Assembly: GCA_963555815.3 (NCBI GenBank)
Contig: CAUVWX020000001.1
Span: forward strand, 1,355,665-1,419,664
Direction of reading: 5' to 3'
DNA length: 64,000 nt
Source of the DNA: a bacterium
GTDB lineage: Bacteria > UBA8248 > JACPRG01 > G963555815
The stretch's first letter is position 1, and each line of letters begins with the position of its first letter. Positions 41,165 to 51,497 of the stretch are shown here, piece by piece. The notes beneath the pieces are model-generated. The model had not been told where the DNA came from. It saw only the letters and a program-made list of their open reading frames with translations, and did not search any database. The position numbers and the translations under genes are program-made.

Positions 41165-42516
41165 GGCGATTCCCGTTCGAGCTCGGCCAACGTTCGTCCG
41201 CTTTCGGTCTGCACCGGCTCCTGGCCTGTGAAGTCCCGGAAGCGCTTAAGCGTCGCGTCGACGTATTTCGGGTCGAGTTCGAGGCCGAAGCCGCGCCGGC
41301 CCGACCGCTCCGCCGCGAGCAGCGTGGTGCCCGAACCGGAGAAGGCATCGAGCACGATGCCGCCGCGCCGCGAGCAGTCCAGGATGGCGTCTTCGACCAG
41401 CGCCACCGGCTTGACTGTCGGGTGCATGGCCAGCTCGGCGTCGCGGTCCGCGCCGAAGGCGTTGACGCCGGCATAGTCCCATACATTGGTGCGGTAACGC
41501 CCGTGCGCCCCCAGCGCGACGTTGTTGATGTGTGGCCCCCGCCCGGCCTTGAACACGGCGACTAGCTCGTGCTTGGAGCGGTACAGCGATCCCATCCCGC
41601 CGTTGGTCTTGTTCCAGACGCAGAGGTTCTTCAACTCCTCGTAGACCTTCCGCCCCGCCGTCAGCAGCTCGAACAGATGCCGCCAGTCCATGCACACGAA
41701 GTGGATGGCGCCGTCGTTGCTGTGCAACGCGAGTTGGCGGAGCACCGTCTCGAGAAACGCCGTGAACTCCGCTTCCGACATCTCGCCCGCGGCCATGGCG
41801 AATTCCCCATGGCGCGCCCGGCCCCGGCCGCAGACATGGCCGTCGATGGGCACGTTGTAGGGCGGGTCGGTGAACACCATCTGGGCGATCTTGCCGTCCA
41901 GCAGGCGGTCATAGGCACCCGTCCGGGCCGCATCCGCGCACAACAGCCGGTGCCGGCCGAGCCGCCACAGATCACCGGGCCGGGTGATCGGCGCCGTGTC
42001 GTCGATCGCGGGCAACCGGTCGGCATCGTCCTCGCTCCCGGCGCCGCTCAGTCCGGCGATCAGCGTATCGATCTCGGCCGTCTCGAAGCCCGTGATCTCG
42101 ATGTCGAAGTCGAGGTCGATGGTCGTGAGCGTTTGCAGCTCAATCGCCAGGAGTTCCTCGTCCCAGCCCGCCAGCTCCGCCAGGCGGTTGTCGGCGATGA
42201 GGTAGGCCCGCTTCTGCGCCTCGTTCAGGTCGCCAATGCAAATCGTGGGCACCTGGGACAGCCCGAGCCGCTTCGCCGCCTCAAGCCGGGCGTGCCCGGC
42301 CATCACCTGGCCGCGCTCGTCGACCAGAATCGGATTGGTGAAGCCGAACGTGCGGATGCTGTCGGCGATCCGCCGGATCTGGCGTTCGGAATGCGTGCGC
42401 GGATTGCGCGCGTCGGGCTGGAGGGCCAATATCGACTGATAGGTGATCGACGGCCGGCTGTGGGCGCAATCGGACGTCGAGCGCGTCGGGGTTTCCGCTT
42501 TCGCTGTTTCCTTCAT
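41161..42516 (-). CDS. ParB-N-domain DNA methyltransferase (N6/N4, beta class)
   Basis: NPRTHS..FGFTNPILVD..GHAR..ADNRL (ParB), then FTDPPYN, HPTVKP, LDAFSGSGTT. Confidence 0.92.
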   Translation of the reverse strand: MKETAKAETPTRSTSDCAHSRPSITYQSILALQPDARNPRTHSERQIRRIADSIRTFGFTNPILVDERGQVMAGHARLEAAKRLGLSQVPTICIGDLNEAQKRAYLIADNRLAELAGWDEELLAIELQTLTTIDLDFDIEITGFETAEIDTLIAGLSGAGSEDDADRLPAIDDTAPITRPGDLWRLGRHRLLCADAARTGAYDRLLDGKIAQMVFTDPPYNVPIDGHVCGRGRARHGEFAMAAGEMSEAEFTAFLETVLRQLALHSNDGAIHFVCMDWRHLFELLTAGRKVYEELKNLCVWNKTNGGMGSLYRSKHELVAVFKAGRGPHINNVALGAHGRYRTNVWDYAGVNAFGADRDAELAMHPTVKPVALVEDAILDCSRRGGIVLDAFSGSGTTLLAAERSGRRGFGLELDPKYVDATLKRFRDFTGQEPVQTESGRTLAELERESP

Positions 42517-42831
42517 CAAAAACCTCAATCGAGATCTATTAACATCCTAGAATCAGCTGCCGGTGCGCGACATCGCCGAGGATCCACCGAAGGATTGGAC
42601 AGGGTTGACCAACGGTGGAGGAACCGCTCTCGTGAAGCGAAGTCGCATGGCGACAACATTCCGGCTCTTGAAAGCTTTAATGTTGAACCTGATCGGTTCC
42701 AGTGCAGGATTTTTTTGGCGCATTTGGCAAAACCCTCGGGTCATAAGCGGACCATTCGGGGAATCTAGTCACCGCTCGGCGGATTATCGAACTGATGATT
42801 CCGGCGGTAATGTTCGTTACGGCTCCAATGT

Positions 42832-43419
42832 TCATTTCGCCTTTTTCAACCGGGCAGTTATTTCGTTTACGTCCCGTTTCATTTTCAGCCAGACGCTCAA
42901 GACCCCGTTGTAGGTCCGTCCCAATTCCTTTGCGACCGCATCGCAAGCCGAATGCCCCACGGAGGCGTCGTTGCGCGTCGCCGTCATCCCACGGCTGACC
43001 AGTTCGTTGATCGCCTCCCAAATGAGCAGGTTTCGATGGTAGAGGCCTGATTTACTTGGACCCGTTTTCCGCTTCGGCGGCTCTATGTTGTCAGTCAGCA
43101 CGTCGGCAATGAAAAGGCGCAAACCGTCCGCGAGCGGCACGTTGTTGCGCAGAAGGCACCCCGCGAAGACACACAGGGCATCCCACCACTCGCGATCCTG
43201 GTGGGCGAGTTTGATGTATTCCGCCAACAGGCTGGGCAATAGGTCCGGTTTGCCCAAAGCCACAATAGCCAATTCCGAGCGCACCGGCCCGGCCGAAGTC
43301 ACCGGTCCATCCCAGAGTGCCTCCCCGGACGGGTGGCCCGTCACAACCATGTGATCAGCTAAAGAGAGGTAAGCGCGAGCGATTTTCCTCGCGTCCTCGA
43401 ACGTTATCGGCTCCGTCAT
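42832..43419 (-). CDS. hypothetical protein, possibly with a C-terminal DNA-binding helix pair
   Basis: 195-aa ORF co-oriented with and upstream of the left element. Confidence 0.6.
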   Translation of the reverse strand: MTEPITFEDARKIARAYLSLADHMVVTGHPSGEALWDGPVTSAGPVRSELAIVALGKPDLLPSLLAEYIKLAHQDREWWDALCVFAGCLLRNNVPLADGLRLFIADVLTDNIEPPKRKTGPSKSGLYHRNLLIWEAINELVSRGMTATRNDASVGHSACDAVAKELGRTYNGVLSVWLKMKRDVNEITARLKKAK

Positions 43420-43439
43420 GGTCCCACCATCGCGATACG

Positions 43440-43769
43440 GTGCAGCCTAGCAAAGCCTACAGACAATCCTTTCATCGAAGCCTTCAACAGTCACTTCCGA
43501 GCCGAGTGTCTCAATCAACACTGGTTCCCAGACCTGGAGGACGCCACAATGAAGATCAACGATTGGCGGCAGGACTACAATCAGATCCGACCCCATGGAG
43601 CCATCGGCAATCGGGTGCCAATGGACCTCCTGAAACCGACCGATCCGCCAGGGCGAATCGGTCCAAAATAACCGGATCTCTGACCTCTCAAGTGGCCCAA
43701 GTCTCGGGTAGCAGACCATCAACGGGCAATACTCACCTTGGGGGTGGATCTATTTTTGGGAGGAGATCA
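43440..43769 (+). mobile_element. IS3-family remnant: integrase C-terminus followed by two successive right-end-like sequences
   Basis: Reads PTDNPFIEAFNSHFRAECLNQHWF.../WRQDYNQIRPHGAIGNRVP. Ends at GTGGCCCAAGTCTCGGGTAGCAGACCA (43718) and GTGGATCTATTTTTGGGAGGAGATCA (43769). Confidence 0.7.
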
Positions 43770-43912
43770 GTTGTTCTTGGTGTCGGACTCCTCCGCGACC
43801 CCGTCCACGCACGCTCCGTAGCAGTAATTTCAGGGGTCCATGGGGCCGTCCGAATTGGAGTGGGTAGTCGTTATTCGGTCCGTAGATATGTTTCACGATT
43901 TAATCTCCTTGC

Positions 43913-45027
43913 GGCGTTGGTGCATGAATCGGAACTGGCCCGCAACGAACCCGACTCACAGGTCCATCACCTACCAAGAGCGTACGACGATGGCCTACCG
44001 CGCTCGGCCATCCGGTTGAGGATGTGACACCCGATCGCGGCTTCTCTGCGTTGCGCCTTGCCGTGCCTCGCCTTCAGGTCGCCTCCGAACACGGACTTGT
44101 ATCGGAAGAAGCTGTTTTCAACGCGCGCCTGCTGTCGGTAGCCCGACTCCTTCTGCCACTCCCGTCGCCCGACCTTGCGAATCCTCTGAAGAGACGCTGT
44201 CACGCTGCGCCCAGGGGCCGTCGGTGGGCACCGCCGACAGCGCAGAGCGACGAGGGGGGATCACAATCACGACGTTCTCTGTACCGGCCGCGCTGGCCCG
44301 ATCGTAGACCGATCTGTGGTCGTAGGCCCCGTCCGCCGTGAAACGCCGGATGGGAACTTCGAGCGGGGCGAGAAGATCAGGGAGTGTGGAGGCGTCGTCC
44401 CGGCTGCTCGCTGTGAGTTCGGCCGCCACAATGAACCCCTCCGCATCCACTCCGATGTGCAGCTTCCGCCAATCCCGGCGTTTCTTTGATGTCTTGTGCT
44501 TGTGCGCGTTCCATTCGCCGCGACCCAGAATCTTGAGCCCTGTGGAATCAACGATCAGGTCGATCGGGCCGTCGTGGGCTCGGGTCAGGGGCGGCACCAC
44601 AACAATTTGGTTCCGGCGCGAGAGGGTGGTGTGGTCCGGGGCCTTGAGGTCGTGGCTCCATCAAGCGGAGCAGCGAGTCCAGGAACCCCTCCGTCTGGCG
44701 AAGCGGTAGGCCGAAGACGACCCGCAGCGTCAACGCGGTCCGGATCGCGAGGTTCGAGTTATCGACGCTGCCCTCCGCGGAGACCGTTCTTCGGTGGTAT
44801 CCACGCGGCAATCGCATCCTCGCTCAGCCAGATCGTGACGTCTCCGCGGCTCCTGAGGCCACGCTCGTACTCCCTCCAGTTCCGGATTCTGTACTTCGCC
44901 TTGTACTGGCGGTTGACTCGGCTCGACTTCCCTGCGGCCATGACGTTGCCCCCTTGATCTCCATGATGGACCGGAACCCTCCGCCGATGCTAGCGTGCCC
45001 GCTTACGCCGATTCATGCACCAATGCC
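43913..45027 (-). mobile_element. IS5-family (IS903-like) insertion sequence, copy 1, with a frameshifted transposase
   Basis: TIRs GGCGTTGGTGCATGAATCGG / CCGATTCATGCACCAATGCC. Transposase motifs NWREYE..L..RG, DSTGLK, WRKLH, ADGAYD, RVEN. Confidence 0.92.
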
Positions 45028-45399
45028 GCCCTGGAGGACAAGTCCGGAGTGGACGTGGAGATGATCATAGAAGAATAAGGGCCAGCCCGGTGTGCTAGAA
45101 AGGGAGGGGTCGCGAGGCAAGTTCAGCGACCCGGTCCCCTGATTATCAAGACATCACTATTCTAGTACGCTGGGCCTTTATGAGGAGGAGTCATGAAACA
45201 AAAGCCTAAGACCGTTGAGCTAGTGAAGTCCACCTATCAGCCGAAACACCAAGGCCGAGCAGGAGGAGGAGTTCCGGGCGGGGGCCTCCATGGAGGAGAT
45301 TGCCGATGCTGTCCTGAGCCCGGTCAACGTCCGATGGATTGATAAGCCCCGCAACCGTAGGAAGCGGTAGGGGTTTCGGGACTTTTAGATATAATCCCC
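45028..45399 (+). mobile_element. probable IS1595-family (ISNwi1-like) end remnant with a small passenger ORF
   Basis: Ends in ATATAATCCCC (reverse complement GGGGATTATAT). A short frameshifted ORF at 45193-45370 (MKQKPKTVELVKSTYQP...PVNVRWIDKPR) follows a strong RBS. Confidence 0.45.
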
Positions 45400-45477
45400 A
45401 TACGTTAATGAGGATGCAGAACAGCTACGACATCGCCCAGAACCGTTGCATGAGTCTTCTTCAGAGGGTGTGTCGCT

Positions 45478-48400
45478 TTGACTAACCCATTCTTCGACCA
45501 TCCCATCCTGAACTCGCCCTACGAGCCCCCACAGCGGCACTGGGAGCTGGACTCCCAGGGGCAGCCGACCCAGCAGGTCTTGGAACGCCGTCGGCGCGCC
45601 GAGTTCATCACACCGATCCCGAAGCCGAAGAAGCGAAAAAAAGCCCGGCAGCAGGCCGCAATGGTGTTCGACGAAGGGAAGGGTCTCTCCACTAAGGAGC
45701 AGCAATACGATCCGACCTCCATCATCAATGAAGTGCGTCAGAACGTGGATCGGTGGCGGGCCTTGCCCAACCTAGCCCAGTGGCAGGTCAGCCCGGAAAC
45801 GGCGCGCTTGCTCCAGCACTGGCGGCACCACCCGTTCGGCAGCATCCGCCCGTTCTTTTGTCAGGTGGAAGCCGTTGAAACCGCGATTTGGCTAACCGAG
45901 GTTGCGCCGCACTTCAAGGGCGGAAAACGATTGCTCGGCCACTTGGCCAGAGCCAACAAGGACGCCAATCCAGAATTGATGCGCCTCGCGCTGAAGCTAG
46001 CCACCGGGGCTGGCAAGACAACTATCATGGCCATGTTGATCGCCTGGCAAACGGTCAATGCGGTCCGCCATCCCGCCAGCAAACACTTCACCCGAGGTTT
46101 CCTGGTCGTAGCCCCCGGCCTGACCATCAAGGATCGGCTCCGCGTCCTCCAGCCGAACGACCCAGACAGTTACTACGCCAGCCGCGAACTTGTGCCGCAC
46201 GACCTGCTCGACGACGTTAACCGCGCCAAGATCGTCATCACCAACTACCACGCCTTTAAGTTACGCGAGCGCATCAAAATATCTTCCAGCGGACGCGCGT
46301 TGCTCAAGGGCCGTACCGGCGACGAGCTGCACACCACTGAGACCGAAGGCCAGATGCTCCAGCGTGCCATGCCTGATCTGATGGGCATCAAGAACATCCT
46401 CGTGCTCAACGACGAGGCGCACCATTGCTACCGCGAGAAGCCACCGGAGCCGGACGATGCGCATCTGAAGGGCGACGACAGAAAAGAGGCCGAAAAGAAC
46501 AACGAAGCAGCCCGCCTCTGGATATCGGGTCTCGAAACCGTGAATCGTAAGCTCGGCCGCTCTCGTGTGATCGACCTGTCTGCCACACCCTTCTTTCTGA
46601 GCGGGTCCGGCTATGCCGAGGGCACACTCTTCCCATGGACGATGAGCGACTTCTCGCTGATGGACGCCATCGAGTGCGGTATCGTTAAACTGCCGCGCGT
46701 CCCGGTGGCTCAAAACATCCCTGGCGACGAAATGCCCGTCTATCGCAACCTCTGGGAGAACATCCGCAAGGAGATGCCCAAGAAGGGGCGCGGCCAGGGC
46801 GGAGAACTCGACCCACTCAAACTGCCGACCCGGTTGCAAACCGCTCTTGAGGCGCTCTACGGGCACTACGAGAAAACCTTCAAACTATGGGAAGAGAAGG
46901 GCATTCGTGTGCCGCCCTGCTTCATCATCGTTTGCCAAAACACCGCCATCTCGAAGCTGGCCTATGACTTCATCTCCGGTTTTCAACGAAAGAACGAAGA
47001 CGGGACCACCACACTGGAAAACGGTCGCTTGGCCCTCTTCCGAAATTTCGATGAAACCACGGGGAATCCGCTCGCGCGTCCGAACACATTGCTGATTGAC
47101 AGTGAGCAGTTGGAAGCTGGCGACGCCCTCGACGATAAGTTTCGTGGCATGGCCGCCGATGAGATTGCCCGTTTCCGCCGCGAGATCATTGAGCGCACCG
47201 GGGATGCCCGTGCAGCGGACAACCTCAGCGACCAGGAGTTGCTGCGTGAGGTCATGAACACCGTGGGCAAGCACGGCCAACTCGGCGGCTCCATCCGCTG
47301 TGTCGTCTCTGTGTCCATGCTGACGGAAGGCTGGGATGCGAACACCGTCACCCACGTCCTCGGCATCCGCGCTTTTGGCACCCAGCTCCTCTGCGAACAG
47401 GTCATCGGACGCGCGCTTCGCCGCCAATCCTACGACCTCAATGAAGAAAACCTCTTCAACGTTGAATATGCAGACATCTTCGGCATTCCTTTCGACTTCA
47501 CGGCCAAACCCGTTATCGCTCCCCCGCAGCCGCCGCGTGAGACGGTTCAGGTCAAGGCCATGCGCCCGGAGCGAGACGGCCTTGAAGTCCAGTTCCCTCG
47601 CGTCGAAGGCTACCGCGTCGAACTGCCCGAGGAGCGCCTCACGGCCGCCCTCACCCCCGATTCTATTCTCGAACTCAGCCCCGATCTGGTTGGCCCGTCC
47701 ATCACACGGAATGCGGGAATCATCGGCGAAGGCGTGGATCTGAACCTGGAGCATTTAGGGGACATGCGGCCGTCCACGCTGCTCTTCCACGTCACCCAGC
47801 GCCTGCTCTACACGAAATGGCGCGATCCGGGGGAAGAGCCGAAGCTCTATCTGTTTGGCCAGCTCAAACGCATCACGAAGCAGTGGCTCGACACCTGTCT
47901 CGTCTGCAAGGGCGCCACTTATCCCGCCCAGCTGATGTATCAGGAGCTGGCCGACATGGCGTGCAACCGCATCACCGCTGGCATCACCAGATGCGTTGGA
48001 AGATCACCGCCCCATCAAAGTCCTGCTCGACCCCTACAATCCCACCGGCTCCACGGCCCATGTCAGATTCAACACGTCCAGGGCGGACCGCTGGGACACC
48101 AGTGGTCCGCCGCCCAAGAACCATGTCAACTGGGTGGTGCTCGACAGCGACTGGGAAGCTGAGTTCTGCCGCGTCGCCGAGTCTCATCCGAAGGTCGTGG
48201 CCTACACAAAGAACCACAACTTGGGCCTCGAAGTGCCGTATCGCTACGGTTCCCAGCTACGGAAGTATCTACCCGACTTCATCGTCTTGGTAAACGACGG
48301 CCACGGCCACGGCGACCTGCTGCGCCTGGTCGTCGAGATCAAGGGCTATCGGCGCGAGGACGCGAAGGAAAAGAAGTCCACGATGGATACCTACTGGGTG

Positions 48401-48556
48401 CCCGGCGTGAATAATCTCAAGACGTATGGACGCTGGGCCTTCGCCGAGTTCACCGAGGTCTACATGATCGAGACCGACTTCGCGGCGAAGGTCGGAGACA
48501 AGTTCGACAAAATGATCGACACCGCGACCGCATATCCGATGACTAGGGACAGCTAG
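45478..48556 (+). CDS. type III-like restriction endonuclease/SF2 helicase subunit (BPTD_3080-like), frameshifted near 47990
   Basis: LATGAGKT, NDEAHHCY, LSATP, MLTEGWD, QVIGRALRR. The PD..EIKG nuclease domain lies in the next frame (47996-48556). Confidence 0.88.
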
Positions 48557-48558
48557 CT

Positions 48559-51493
48559 ATGGCCAAGAGGCGCGGCACTCGCAAGACCGTCGAAACAATC
48601 ACGCACGACGAGTCCAAGCGGAAGAACATTCCATCTGCCGAGCATCAGTCCGTGCTCCGACCAGACGATGCCACGCCACGGCCGGTGAAGTATCCACGGA
48701 ACACCGATCTCGACCCCCAGTTCGTCTGGCGTGGGAAGGATGAGCAGGACTGGAGCGATCTCGTTGTCTACGCCCCGCCGCTCTACATTCAGGAAAAGGT
48801 TCATCCGAAGGTATTGATCGACGATCTCCTTCGGCAGACAAAAGAAGCACAAACGGAGGCCATCGGAGCACAGACCAACCTCTTCGCCGACTTCAACGGT
48901 ATTCCAGATGGAGTTGACAGAACTGAGTTCTACCAACACGACCAGAACTGGTCGAACCGCATGATCCTCGGTGACTCCCTCCAGGTCATGGCCAGTCTGG
49001 CCGAGCGCGAGGGCCTGCGCGGCAAGGTGCAGTGCATCTACCTCGACCCGCCCTACGGCATCAAGTTCAACAGCAACTTTCAGTGGTCCACGACCAGCCG
49101 CGACGTCAAGGACGGCAAGGCGGATCACATTACACGCGAGCCGGAACAAGTGAAGGCGTTCCGGGACACGTGGCGGGATGGGATTCACTCTTATCTGACG
49201 TATCTGCGTGACCGACTGACCGTGGCACGGGACCTGTTGACGGAGAGCGGCTCGATCTTCGTTCAGATTGGAGACGAGAATGTTCACCGAGTGCGGACGC
49301 TGATGGAGGAGGTGTTCGGGGAGGATAATTTTGTCAGCGAAATCATCGTCAGCACGACGACTAGCGCAACTTCGCGTTATCTAGCAGGAACTTGCGATTA
49401 CATTCTTTGGTCTGCGAGGAACTATAAGACGTTGAAATATCGCCAGCCGTTCCGTGAAAAGAAAGCGGGCGAGGCAGGAGCCGCCTTATATAACCGCATT
49501 CAAAGTATTGATGGCGGCACCGTTCGCACTTTGTCCAAGAATGAGGATTACGAGCGAGATATTTCTCCCGATGATTGGCATCTCGTAACATCCGACAACT
49601 TCTCATCACAGTCAGGAGGAAAAACGACACGACAACCAGTTCTATTGAAAGGTGAGTCATATAGCCCGGCGACTGGGGGATGGAAGACGAACTCGGAAGG
49701 CGTGAAACGTTTAATCGCAGCATCTCGTTTGGCGAAAGGTGGACGAGCCGTGCGGTATATTCGCCGTATCCAAGATTTTCCTGTCTCTCCCATTGCAAAT
49801 GTCTGGGATGACATGTTGACAGGTAGTTTCACTGAAGAAAAACTCTACGTAGTGCAGACCGCTGCCAAGCTAGTCCAACGCTGCATCCTGATGACCACTG
49901 ACCCGGGTGACCTCGTGCTTGACCCGACCTGCGGTTCCGGCACCACCGCCTATGCCGCCGAACAATGGGGCCGCCGCTGGATCACCATTGACACTTCCCG
50001 CGTTGCCTTGGCCCTCGCCCGCGCCCGCATCATGGGCGCGCGCTATTCTTACTACCTGCTCTCCGACAGCCGCGACGGGCAACTCAAAGAAGCCGAGATC
50101 GCTAGCAGGGCACCCGCCGACACGCCCACCTACAACAACATTCGACAGGGGTTCGTGTACGAGCGGGTACCCCACATCACGCTCAAGTCCATTGCCAACA
50201 ACGCCGAGATCGACGTGATCTGGGAGAAGTGGCAGGAGATGCTGGAACCGCTACGCGCAGAACTGAACGCCTCCCTCAACCGCGACTGGGAGGAGTGGGA
50301 GATTCCCCGGGAGCCGGGCGACCCGTGGTCCGCAACAGCGACGGCGGCGTGGAGCAAGTTCCAGGCGGGGCGCACGAACGAAGCAAAGTCGGCGGCGCTT
50401 TGCGTGTTGAACCAGGAGTTGGGCCGAAATTACGCACTGGCTGACGTGCCCGATCGGCCTCGAAACCCGTGGGAGTCCACTCCCACCAACCTCCACCGCC
50501 GCTGGTGGGAACAACGCATCGCCCGGCAGAAGGAGATCGACGCCTCCATCGCCGCTAAGGCCGACTACGAATACCTCTACGACAAGCCTTACGAGGACAA
50601 GAAGAAGGTCCGTGTCGCCGGACCTTTCACGGTCGAGAGCCTAAGCCCCCACCGCATGCTTGGCGTGGGTGAGGACGATGAATTGATCGACATCGGGAAG
50701 GAAGACAGCATCGCATACGGAGCAAAGCAATCCTTCCCACAGATGATCTTGGAAAACCTCAAAACCGTCCGGTGTGCAGCAAGCGCACAAAGAGGACCGG
50801 ATTGCCTTCACCGCCCTCACCCCGTGGCCCGGCGAGTTGGTCTGCGCGGAAGGCCACTACCCCGAAGGCGAAACTGAGAAGCGGGCCGCCATCTTCATCG
50901 GCCCCGAGTTCGGCACCGTGCAACGCGCCGATCTTGTCGCCGGAGCCCGTGAGGCCGGCGATGCTGGGTTCGATGTGTTGATCGCCTGCGCTTTCAATTA
51001 CGAGGCCCACGCCACGGAATTCAGCAAGCTGGGACGCATCCCCGTGCTCAAAGCCCGGATGAACGCCGACTTGCACATGGCCAAGGATCTCAAAAATACC
51101 GGTAAGGGAAACCTGTTCGTCATCTTCGGCGAACCAGACATTGAACTCCTGCCGGAGCAGGATGGCCGATTGCGCGTGAAAGTGAAGGGCGTCGATGTCT
51201 TTGTCCCCAGCACAGGAGAAGTCCGTAGCGACGGCGCCGATGGCATCGCCTGCTGGTTCATTGACACCGACTACAACGAGGAAAGCTTCTTCGTCCGGCA
51301 GGCCTACTTCCTCGGCGCCAACGACCCCTACAAATCCCTCAAGACTACTCTCAAGGCTGAAGTCAACCGGGAAGCCTGGGAAACACTCCACAGCGACACC
51401 TCCCGGCCGTTTGACAAACCAAAATCCGGGCGGATCGCCGTGAAGGCGATCAACCACCTTGGCGATGAAGTGATGAAGGTGTTCAAGGTCTAG
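48559..51493 (+). CDS. adenine-specific DNA methyltransferase (type III Mod-like), frameshifted near 50770
   Basis: NRMILGDSL, YLDPPYG, VLDPTCGSGTT. The C-terminal domain (IGPEFG, WFIDTDY, IAVKAINHLGDEVMKV) is in the next frame. Confidence 0.88.
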
Positions 51494-51497
51494 CCCT

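Noticed and set aside
43786..43800. GACTCCTCCGCGACC as a degenerate distal att copy of the tRNA-Ser 3' end
   Set aside because: The match to CTCTCCGCCA is too short and imperfect for GC-rich DNA.
47985..50775. Programmed frameshifting or phase variation in res and mod
   Set aside because: No homopolymer, simple-repeat tract or slippery heptamer is visible at either shift site.
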